From: a virus
Lineage: Duplodnaviria > Caudoviricetes
Strand: one strand, 5' to 3'
Length of the DNA stretch: 64,000 nt
Virus record (IMG/VR): IMGVR_UViG_3300031994_004484
The position numbers and the translations under genes are program-made. The notes beneath the pieces were generated by a model that saw nothing but the letters and a program-made list of their open reading frames with translations, did no database searches and had not been told where the DNA came from. Shown here in pieces: positions 49,749-57,680 of this stretch; the stretch's first letter is position 1; each line of letters opens with the position of its first letter.

Positions 49749-51653
49749 ATGAGTAAAAGAGCAATTGGAATTGATTTGGGTTCTACAGCATCGGAATGTG
49801 CTGTTATCGAACAGGGCAAGCCTGTTGTTGTTTTTAACGAAGAGGGTTCGAACATGACGCCTTCTGTAGTCTCGTTTGTCAACGATGAGAGAAAGGTCGG
49901 AGGCCCGGCAAAAAGAAAGATGATAGTCAACCCAAAGGAAACCGTAAACCTTATAAAGCGTTTCATGGGCGCCACATATGAGGAATCAAAAGAGGCGATG
50001 ACGCATGTCCTGTATGATGTTGTCGAAAAAAATGGACAGCCAAGGGTCAAGGTTGGGGATAGGTTTTATTCCCCTGAAGAGATTTCGGCTATGATTATCG
50101 GTTCGCTGAAGAAAAACGCGGAATCCTATCTCGGTGATGAGGTTACCGAAGCGGTTATAACCGTTCCCGCATTCTTTTCGGACAGTGCACGTGCAGCGAC
50201 AAAGAAAGCGGGTGAAATGGCGGGTCTTAACGTTTTGAGGGTCATCGCAGAACCCACCGCGGCAATACTTTCTTCAAATATTGATATGGAGAAAGGCGGC
50301 AAGTATATGGTTGTTGACTTCGGCGGTTCCACTCTTGATGATTCTGTGGCGGACATTTCAGACGGTGTGGTTGAGATTTTAAGCACCAACGGTGATGTGT
50401 ATCTTGGAGGTAGCGACCTTGACAAAGCCATAGCGGAGCATATTATCAAGACGTACAAAGAAGATAGCGGTATTGACATCAAGGATGACGCCCAGGCTAT
50501 GTCACGTGTTATGGATGCCGCAGAAAAGGCTAAAATAGACTTGAGTTCGTCTTCAATGGCCGATATCAATATTCCGTATATCACAGTGAAGGATAATCAG
50601 CCACAGCATCTTATAATGCAACTTTCCAGAAGCAAGTTTGAGCAAATTATAACCCCGTTTGTTGACAAGCTAATCAAGTGTGCTAAAAAGGCTATTGAAC
50701 TTGCCAATATTGAGAAAAAAGACCTCAACGGAATTCTTTTGGTTGGCGGTTCATGTAGGATTCCTCTTGTTCAGGAACGTTTGACAAAGGAATTTGGTAT
50801 CGAACTGATAAAATCGAGCAACCTCGACCTTGCCGTTGCCGAAGGCGCCGCTATTCAGGCAAACATATTGGTGGGAGGTGAAAATGCAAAGGACATTCTT
50901 CTGCTTGACTGTACACCTATGAATTATTCAATTGAGACTGAGGGTGGTATAGCAACCACTCTTATTGAGGCCAATACAACAATACCTTGTGAGAAAAGAC
51001 AGGTTTTCAGTACGGCTGTCGATAATCAACCTGCTGTGAACATTCATGTTCTTAATGGTTTGAGACCTATGGCAAAGGATAACAAGTCCATTGGTATGTT
51101 CACACTTGACGGAATCATGCCGGCACGCAGGGGAGTTCCTCAGATTGAGGTTACGTTCTCATTGTCTGCTGACTCAATCCTGACGGTAACGGCGAAAGAC
51201 CTTGCTACAAACAAGGAACAGCATATAACCATCGAGAACAACAACAAGATTTCAGACGAGGAGGTTGAACGCTACAAAGCCGAAGCTAAGGAGCATGAAG
51301 AGGAAGACAGGAAGTTCAAGGAGGAAGCAGAAAAAGCCAACCGTTGCGAAGGCTTGATTTATCAGACCGAACAACAGCTTGAAACATTCAAGGACAACGA
51401 GAAATTCACTGAGGACGACAAGAAATTCTTTACCGACAAGGTTGAGGAACTGAAGAAACTTAAGGAAAATTCAGATTACTCCAAACTTGATGAAATCGAA
51501 AAGGAGATGCAGACAAAATGGTTCGAGTTGAGCAGCAAACTGTATCAGCAGCCTAACGGTGAGGCCTCCCCTGATATGGTAAACGAGATGTTCAAAAACG
51601 GAACAGTTGAACATCAACCTACCGAGAGCGATTTGGAGAATCAGGAAGCATAA
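49749..51653 (+). CDS. dnaK: Hsp70 chaperone DnaK
   Basis: GIDLG, TPSVV, AVITVPAFF, EPTAA, LLVGG, DILLLD, ARRGVPQIEVTF. Confidence 0.97.
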   Translation: MSKRAIGIDLGSTASECAVIEQGKPVVVFNEEGSNMTPSVVSFVNDERKVGGPAKRKMIVNPKETVNLIKRFMGATYEESKEAMTHVLYDVVEKNGQPRVKVGDRFYSPEEISAMIIGSLKKNAESYLGDEVTEAVITVPAFFSDSARAATKKAGEMAGLNVLRVIAEPTAAILSSNIDMEKGGKYMVVDFGGSTLDDSVADISDGVVEILSTNGDVYLGGSDLDKAIAEHIIKTYKEDSGIDIKDDAQAMSRVMDAAEKAKIDLSSSSMADINIPYITVKDNQPQHLIMQLSRSKFEQIITPFVDKLIKCAKKAIELANIEKKDLNGILLVGGSCRIPLVQERLTKEFGIELIKSSNLDLAVAEGAAIQANILVGGENAKDILLLDCTPMNYSIETEGGIATTLIEANTTIPCEKRQVFSTAVDNQPAVNIHVLNGLRPMAKDNKSIGMFTLDGIMPARRGVPQIEVTFSLSADSILTVTAKDLATNKEQHITIENNNKISDEEVERYKAEAKEHEEEDRKFKEEAEKANRCEGLIYQTEQQLETFKDNEKFTEDDKKFFTDKVEELKKLKENSDYSKLDEIEKEMQTKWFELSSKLYQQPNGEASPDMVNEMFKNGTVEHQPTESDLENQEA

Positions 51654-51667
51654 TCAGAAATTTGTTT

Positions 51668-51710
51668 ATGGTGCGGTGGAAACAAAACCGCCGTACCATT
51701 TTAATTTTTT
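51668..51710 (+). terminator. Hairpin/terminator between dnaK and dnaJ
   Basis: ATGGTGCGGTGG-N8-CCGCCGTACCAT (two G-U pairs) then a T-rich tract. Confidence 0.65.
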
Positions 51711-51716
51711 TGTCAA

Positions 51717-52859
51717 ATGGCATCAGGAAAAGATTATTACAAAATTTTAGGACTTTCGGAAGAAGACAAGAAACTTCAAGGTGAAGAGTTCAGCAAAAAG
51801 CTTAAAGGTAATTACAGGAAAATGGCGAAGGATTACCATCCTGATCGTTATGCCAACAAATCCGAAGAAGAACGCAAAGAGGCCGAGGAGAAATTCAAGG
51901 AGATAACCGAAGCCTATGATGTTTTATCCGATAATAACAAAAGGACACAATATGACCGTTTCGGAACCACAGAGGCGTTTGATTTCAACGGTTTCAGTGG
52001 CACGGGCATGCCGGATATCGATGAGATACTCAATCGTTTCCGTGGTGGTTTTGGCTCATTCAACCCTTTCGGAGACATTGGCATGGGATTCGGAATGCAT
52101 CGCAGGGGAAATATGGTTGAAAAGCCCGAACCTGTAAAAGTTAGGGTTCACTTGACTATTGAAGACCTTTATAAAGGAGGTGTGAAGAGAATCAAATATA
52201 AGAGATTCAAACCATGCAAGGATTGTAATGCTTCAGGAACAACAAAATACGGAAAAACTGAAACATGTCCTGTGTGTGGCGGAAGCGGTGTGTGTGTTCA
52301 AACAGAAAGAAACGGATGGGCTACGGTACAAAGGACAAGCGTTTGCCAAAAATGTCATGGCTCAGGAAAAATTATAACAAATCCATGCAATACCTGCGGA
52401 GGTACCGGAAGGGTTGTTGAAACTGAGGAGTATGACTTGCAGATACCGTATGGTGCAGTTGACGGTTCAATGTTCTTGGTTCCTGAAATGGGTAATTACG
52501 CCGAAAGAAACAAGAATGTTGTCGGGGACCTTTTGGTTATTATTGCAATTGACGATAATGGAAAGTACAGGACAACAAACGGATACGACCTTTATACAAC
52601 AATAGACGTCCCGATATTAGAATGCATAACAGGTGGCAAATCAGAAATTGAATTTATAGACAAAACCAAATTTTCGATAAAGATACCGAGGTTTACACGG
52701 GACGGGGCTATATTACAGTTGCAAGGTTACGGGCTCCCAAGTGAAAACGGAAGAGGAAGGTTACTTGTTGAAGTTAGGCAAAAATACCCCGACAACATAG
52801 ATTCAAACGAAGAGAAACTTTTGAAAAAACTGAAACAATCCAAAAACTTTGCATCATGA
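51717..52859 (+). CDS. dnaJ: Co-chaperone DnaJ (class A)
   Basis: KDYYKILG, HPD, G/F-rich region, four CxxCxxxG repeats. Confidence 0.96.
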   Translation: MASGKDYYKILGLSEEDKKLQGEEFSKKLKGNYRKMAKDYHPDRYANKSEEERKEAEEKFKEITEAYDVLSDNNKRTQYDRFGTTEAFDFNGFSGTGMPDIDEILNRFRGGFGSFNPFGDIGMGFGMHRRGNMVEKPEPVKVRVHLTIEDLYKGGVKRIKYKRFKPCKDCNASGTTKYGKTETCPVCGGSGVCVQTERNGWATVQRTSVCQKCHGSGKIITNPCNTCGGTGRVVETEEYDLQIPYGAVDGSMFLVPEMGNYAERNKNVVGDLLVIIAIDDNGKYRTTNGYDLYTTIDVPILECITGGKSEIEFIDKTKFSIKIPRFTRDGAILQLQGYGLPSENGRGRLLVEVRQKYPDNIDSNEEKLLKKLKQSKNFAS

Positions 52860-53305
52860 GGCACAGCGCAGGAATTATTCCATACAGAATGAACAACGGA
52901 AAGTATGAATTCTTTGTCGGTCACCCAGGCGGGCCACATTGGTCAGAAAGAACCTATTGGGCCATGCTGAAAGGCAGGATTGAGGAAGGGGAAGATGAAA
53001 TGACTGCGGCCTTAAGAGAGTTTCAAGAAGAATCAGGTGTTGCAATTCCAGAAAATCTTAAGGGTAAAATATTCAAGCTCGGAACCGTCATTCAGAACCC
53101 AAATAAATTGGTCACCGCGTTTGGGGTTGAGTTTCCCGATATTTATCCTGAAAGATGCCGCTCGAACATGGCCGACCATTGCGACTGGCCGGAGATAGAC
53201 AACTATGCTTGGATTGACTATGACTCAATATTAAAATACACACACCCGACAAACATCGTCTTCTTCGAGACAATAGTTAAAATGTGTCAGCCGAAAGAAT
53301 ATTAA
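52856..53305 (+). CDS. NUDIX hydrolase
   Basis: Nudix box GRIEEGEDEMTAALREFQEESG; HPGGP motif. Confidence 0.9.
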   Translation: MRHSAGIIPYRMNNGKYEFFVGHPGGPHWSERTYWAMLKGRIEEGEDEMTAALREFQEESGVAIPENLKGKIFKLGTVIQNPNKLVTAFGVEFPDIYPERCRSNMADHCDWPEIDNYAWIDYDSILKYTHPTNIVFFETIVKMCQPKEY

Positions 53306-53386
53306 GAATTTTTAACGTTTTGTAGGAAACAGTCTATTGGAAATAAACATATATTTGTGTAGTTAATTCACGATAAGAGATTTTTA

Positions 53387-53932
53387 ATGGCAAAAAACAA
53401 CAGAAACAACAGGAAGCCTTTGGTTGAGGGTCCGAGAAAAAACGAAGAGATTGTCGGGTATTATAATGTAAGGGTTATATATTCCAACGATGAAGGGAAA
53501 ACCGAGAACATCATATGTCCGTTAAAGAACGCTTTGAAGATGGCTTATGATTCGGAATTGGATTTGATTGAGATAAGCCCTAATGCCGACCCTCCTGTGG
53601 TAAAGATAGGTGATTATTCAAAGTACATGTATGAACTGAAGAAAAAGGAAAAACTCAAGAAACAGAACAAGACCGAGTTGAAAGAAATGCCTTTGTCGGT
53701 GAACATATCCAAACACGATATGGAGACCAAGGCAAAGAAAGTGAGGGAGTTTATCGAAAAGGGAGACAAGGTGAAGGTCACGCTGACCATGAGAAAGAGA
53801 GAACTTTTAAGGCGCGAGGAGAACAAGAGGTCTCTTTTGGATTTCATTTTGATGCTTGAGGATGTTTCGGTTCCTGAATCAATGCCGAAGGATGAAGGTA
53901 ACAAATGTGTTGTAATACTGAAGAAAAAATAA
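53387..53932 (+). CDS. infC: Translation initiation factor IF-3
   Basis: NEEI...VRVI, LDLIEISPNADPPVVKIGDYSKYMYE, FIEKGDKVKVTL. Confidence 0.93.
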   Translation: MAKNNRNNRKPLVEGPRKNEEIVGYYNVRVIYSNDEGKTENIICPLKNALKMAYDSELDLIEISPNADPPVVKIGDYSKYMYELKKKEKLKKQNKTELKEMPLSVNISKHDMETKAKKVREFIEKGDKVKVTLTMRKRELLRREENKRSLLDFILMLEDVSVPESMPKDEGNKCVVILKKK

Positions 53933-53935
53933 CCT

Positions 53936-54838
53936 ATGTTTATAGTAAACTGTAAGAAAAAGACGGCATCGGTCGAAGACAACGGTGTAACAGGACGCTA
54001 TTTTGCGGAAATAAGAAAAATAGAACAGCTTAACGACGAACAGCAGAAGGAACTCTTGAAAATCGTAAAATTCGGCTCGGAGGAAGAATCGAACGCTGCA
54101 AGAGAGAAACTGATAGGGTGCAACCAAAGGTTTGTCGCATCAGTTGCAAAACATCTCACAAATGGTGACAACTTCAACGATTTGGTAAGTGAAGGTAATT
54201 TAGGTCTGAACAAAGCCATAGACAAGTTTGACCTGTCTTTCAAACAGCATTTTATAACATATGCCACTTTTTGGATAAACAAGTGCATGGTGGACTATAT
54301 GACAAACGTGGAGAGAATGATAGTCCCGAAGAATGCGACAAGGGTCAACACATATGTTGCTTCAGCCGCAAACGACTTCTTCCTTGAGAACGGAAGGAAT
54401 CCAAGCGTTGACGAATTGAAAAACAGACTTAACGATATGGGTGTTCCGATTTCTAATATCGAGGATATCGTTGGTATTACAATGGTATCTCTCAATGAGA
54501 TAGACCCTGACGGAGAGATTGACGACGACACAAACTATACGTCATATACGGATTACATAGATTTCCAAAAAACCACATCCTCAAACAACATAGAGGAGGA
54601 GATAGACCTTGAGGACGTAAGGAATTTGGCTGAAATGATGGTTTCATGTCTTGATAGCAGACAGCAGGAAATTGTGCGCAGGTATTACGGAATAGGAAGA
54701 TGCGAGGAACCAACAGAGGTGATAGCCAGGAGTTTCGGAGTTCCGACAACGGTTATTTCCAAGGAGATATACAGCGCTATGAACAAGATTAGAAAAACAT
54801 TCAAAATAACAAAAAAGAGGAAAAATGGCAAAAATTAA
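53936..54838 (+). CDS. Second phage sigma-70 family factor (RpoD/RpoS-like)
   Basis: AREKLIGCNQRFVASVAK, DLVSEGNLGLNKAIDKFD...FITYATFWI, GRNPSVDEL. Confidence 0.9.
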   Translation: MFIVNCKKKTASVEDNGVTGRYFAEIRKIEQLNDEQQKELLKIVKFGSEEESNAAREKLIGCNQRFVASVAKHLTNGDNFNDLVSEGNLGLNKAIDKFDLSFKQHFITYATFWINKCMVDYMTNVERMIVPKNATRVNTYVASAANDFFLENGRNPSVDELKNRLNDMGVPISNIEDIVGITMVSLNEIDPDGEIDDDTNYTSYTDYIDFQKTTSSNNIEEEIDLEDVRNLAEMMVSCLDSRQQEIVRRYYGIGRCEEPTEVIARSFGVPTTVISKEIYSAMNKIRKTFKITKKRKNGKN

Positions 54839-55340
54839 GATTGAATTCACCGAAGACATTATCAAATTGGTCAAAAACCTTCGTTTCGGCCCCATTGAAA
54901 CCAAATATTATGTGACACCTTCACATGACGATGTGGTTGTCGAGAATGTGGGAAGCGGACGTTTTAACGTAATAAGTGTAAGCGATGAAGGTTTGGCTAA
55001 GGAAATCGCCCCAATCAGGGTTACAAATATTCAGGATTTGGGGGACAACCTTTACGGAATCGACAACTACAACCTTTGGGGCGGAACCTATATCTATGAG
55101 GATATGGCGTACATTCTCGGCAAAATGGACAAGGTTGTGAAAGGAACCGAAGAGGACCCGGACGGTCCTAAATTTGAGGAGGAAACAGCAAAATATCTTG
55201 AAGAACTCGCCTCGTTCATTATCGAAAACCTTTCAAACATTGAGGAGATTCTCCATCAGTTCTGCACAGAAGGTATACACACGGGTGTAACATACGTATG
55301 CAAGCCTAACGAACACATTTGGATCAAGGAGGAAAAATAA
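54825..55340 (+). CDS. Hypothetical protein
   Basis: Overlaps the sigma gene; followed by a terminator. Confidence 0.6.
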   Translation: MAKIKIEFTEDIIKLVKNLRFGPIETKYYVTPSHDDVVVENVGSGRFNVISVSDEGLAKEIAPIRVTNIQDLGDNLYGIDNYNLWGGTYIYEDMAYILGKMDKVVKGTEEDPDGPKFEEETAKYLEELASFIIENLSNIEEILHQFCTEGIHTGVTYVCKPNEHIWIKEEK

Positions 55341-55364
55341 CTTTAGAAAAAAAGCGAAAAAATT

Positions 55365-55393
55365 AACGCGGTCTTGATTGACCGCGTTTTTTT
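55365..55393. terminator. Terminator between convergent genes
   Basis: AACGCGGTC-TTGATT-GACCGCGTT with a T run after and an A-rich stretch before. Confidence 0.75.
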
Positions 55394-55790
55394 ATATGCC
55401 GCTGTTATGTATGAAGTCAATTGCCGTGTTAAGTTCCTTTGTTGTAATCGGGTCTTCACCCTCCAGTTGGTCTTGGAACATATGTCGTGCAGAATCATGG
55501 TCAACACCCGGATGCAACCTATATGCTATCTGTGATTTCTTTATAATCGGGTTCTTGTCAAGAATGGTGTTAAGTTGACCAAGGGCACTTCTCTTTTTTC
55601 CGCTGTCCTTTTCTTTGTCATTGTTTTTTTTATCATCTTTTTTATTGCCACCCTCAAAGACCCCCTCATCTACACCCTCAAAGACTCCCTCATTGTACAT
55701 TCTCTTGAGTTCCTCACGGATTATTTCCTTAACAGTCTGACGCTCAACTTCCTCGTGGACACATTCCTTTATCAATTGTCTTATATCCAT
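55392..55790 (-). CDS. Hypothetical (probable virion) protein
   Basis: IRQLIKECV / IIREEL motifs; EGVFEG duplication; ATATTTAT upstream on the minus strand (55824-55831). Confidence 0.6.
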   Translation of the reverse strand: MDIRQLIKECVHEEVERQTVKEIIREELKRMYNEGVFEGVDEGVFEGGNKKDDKKNNDKEKDSGKKRSALGQLNTILDKNPIIKKSQIAYRLHPGVDHDSARHMFQDQLEGEDPITTKELNTAIDFIHNSGI

Positions 55791-55838
55791 AATAAAATAT
55801 TTTTTTTTTCTTATATATCAATAATAAATATGCTCTTT

Positions 55839-55851
55839 TGTAGTATATTTG
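55839..55851 (+). promoter_or_regulatory. TGTAGTATATTTG promoter
   Basis: Fifth exact copy; an ATATTTAT motif follows at 55897-55904. Confidence 0.6.
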
Positions 55852-55923
55852 TCAAAACAGGGAAAAGGTTTGTTTGAAAAATTTTCCTCTCTGATAATAT
55901 TTATGTTTATCTGAATTTGACTA

Positions 55924-56730
55924 ATGGCCTGCAATTATTTAGAGATATACAAAGGTAACACAAGGATAACAAGCACGACGGATTTGATTCCGGGCGAAAC
56001 GCTTACCGTTGTCGTCAGGGAGGACTTGTACCCCGGGCATACCTTTGCCGCATGGGTGGACAGGGCCGGAAACGTTCTTGACCCATATCCTCAAGGCGGA
56101 TATACCGAAGACGGTTACCCGTATTTCCTTTTCACAGTTACATGCGACAGTTACTTCAACGCACTTTTCAAACCCGATGTCGTTCAGGAGGTGCTTATAC
56201 AAACAATTGTAAATGACGAGGATTTGGGTTCGGCAAGCGGAGGTGGTACATTTAATACAGGTGACCTTGTTACATTGACGGCCACACCCGTTGACACATG
56301 TACGGCGAGATTTGTTGAATGGAGGAAGAAAACGACGGGGGAGGTGGTTTCGATAAACGAGCAGTTCACGGTTGTCGCTACGGAGAGCAGGATATACGAG
56401 GCTGTGTTTGAACTGATTGAATACAAAATCAACCTCACAATAAACAACAGGTTCTACGGAACGGTCTCACAAAGCGGAAATGGAACATACCATTTCGGAG
56501 ACACGGTGACGTTTATTGCTGAACCGAATGAAAACTGCACATTTTTGGGATGGTATGAGAACAACGAACTGATAAGCGAGAATGAGGTCTATTTATATAC
56601 TATAGACAAGATTGGGGACGAATGTGTGGAGGAAAGGAATATTGTCGCAAGGTTTAAGACAAACCTTTATGAAATAGATGTCTTTTTTGATGAATTTGAA
56701 ATAAACGCAAACGGTATTTTTATAATATAA
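55924..56730 (+). CDS. Fibre-like protein with InlB-B/Flg_new-like repeats, ending in an incomplete repeat
   Basis: GSASGGGTF...VTLTATP...FVEW; GTYHFGDTVTFIAEP...FLGW; ends YEIDVFFDEFEINANGIFII*. Confidence 0.8.
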   Translation: MACNYLEIYKGNTRITSTTDLIPGETLTVVVREDLYPGHTFAAWVDRAGNVLDPYPQGGYTEDGYPYFLFTVTCDSYFNALFKPDVVQEVLIQTIVNDEDLGSASGGGTFNTGDLVTLTATPVDTCTARFVEWRKKTTGEVVSINEQFTVVATESRIYEAVFELIEYKINLTINNRFYGTVSQSGNGTYHFGDTVTFIAEPNENCTFLGWYENNELISENEVYLYTIDKIGDECVEERNIVARFKTNLYEIDVFFDEFEINANGIFII

Positions 56731-56756
56731 GAAAAAAAAAAATATAATAATTAATT

Positions 56757-57536
56757 ATGTCATACATTAGTTCAAGTAGTCCAACATTTCAAGCTCAGAA
56801 GCCTGAAGGTAATTACACCATATCCAATATAAGTGCTAAACCTTGTTATGGCATTTTTTTGAAATGTACTAAAACAACAGGAAATGGGACCGCTTCAGGA
56901 TGGGAGTCAGGCTTATTAGAAGCGGCTTCTGGAGCAACAACATATGATGGTATAAACCAAGGATTGTATTCTTCCGTTAATATTAAATCCTTTTTATTAA
57001 ATTCTACAACCGACCCTGTAAAATATTGGATTTATAGTGTCCCTTTGAGATATATAATTACTTATCATCAAAACAATGATGGAACGGGTAATACTAAAAC
57101 GGTTTTTACAGATGACCCAAATGCGGGCACGTTATGCAACTGTTCTTCAACAACACCTTCGGCAGGACATCCATGTTATATTCCTGAAGCATGCGATATT
57201 TGCTCAAGAAGGCTCTCTTATCAAACAGGTGGAGGGTCTACAATATATTATGAAACCGATATTTACACTTATACAGGGCAGAAATTAGGTTGGACAATTC
57301 CTTCTGGTACATTTACAGGATGGACAACTACACAAGGAGGAACAACTCCCGATATAACAATACAAGAAATCGCTCAATCAACTCTGTATGAACAATTAAT
57401 TTACGGATTATGCGATGTAACAACAGAGCGTCATTTATATCCGGTAATTACACCTGAAGCACAATATAATATAAATGTTTATTTTGATACTAATGAAATA
57501 AAGAATATATCAGTTTCTGACATTTCTCAAGTTTAA
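56757..57536 (+). CDS. Fibre module: half repeat, Flg_new-like repeat, half repeat (AT-rich cassette)
   Basis: Strong A-rich start region; YIITYHQN...FTGW...LYPV; ends YNINVYFDTNEIKNISVSDISQV*. Confidence 0.75.
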   Translation: MSYISSSSPTFQAQKPEGNYTISNISAKPCYGIFLKCTKTTGNGTASGWESGLLEAASGATTYDGINQGLYSSVNIKSFLLNSTTDPVKYWIYSVPLRYIITYHQNNDGTGNTKTVFTDDPNAGTLCNCSSTTPSAGHPCYIPEACDICSRRLSYQTGGGSTIYYETDIYTYTGQKLGWTIPSGTFTGWTTTQGGTTPDITIQEIAQSTLYEQLIYGLCDVTTERHLYPVITPEAQYNINVYFDTNEIKNISVSDISQV

Positions 57537-57562
57537 TAGATTATTATAGAGTACACTAACTT

Positions 57563-57588
57563 AAAGCCGTCTTCGGGCGGCTTTTTTT
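57563..57588 (+). terminator. Intrinsic terminator with a cUUCGg loop
   Basis: AAAGCCGTC-TTCG-GGCGGCTTTTTTT. Confidence 0.85.
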
Positions 57589-57596
57589 GTGCCTCG

Positions 57597-57604
57597 ATAT
57601 TTAT
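57597..57604 (+). promoter_or_regulatory. ATATTTAT motif upstream of the giant terminal ORF
   Basis: Same terminator-then-motif layout as at 3231 and 39264. Confidence 0.5.
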
Positions 57605-57680
57605 AAAAAAGTCTGCACAAACAGTAAAACAATAAGGTTTTTGCAGGTTTGTTATATAATTTTGGAAAATTTAGAACAGG

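Noticed and set aside
55650-55700. Short direct repeat CCCTCAAAGAC.CCCTCAT
   Set aside because: A two-copy in-frame duplication (EGVFEG) inside a gene, not an array.
57531-57674. GT...AG spliceosomal-type intron that would join gene B to gene C in frame
   Set aside because: The context is a bacterial virus, the interval holds a terminator and a promoter motif, and the A/B junction has no convincing equivalent.
56713-57677. Group I/II intron or IS as the identity of the cassette
   Set aside because: Only about 170 nt are non-coding, no ribozyme core is recognisable, and the ORF is a fibre module rather than a nuclease, RT or transposase.
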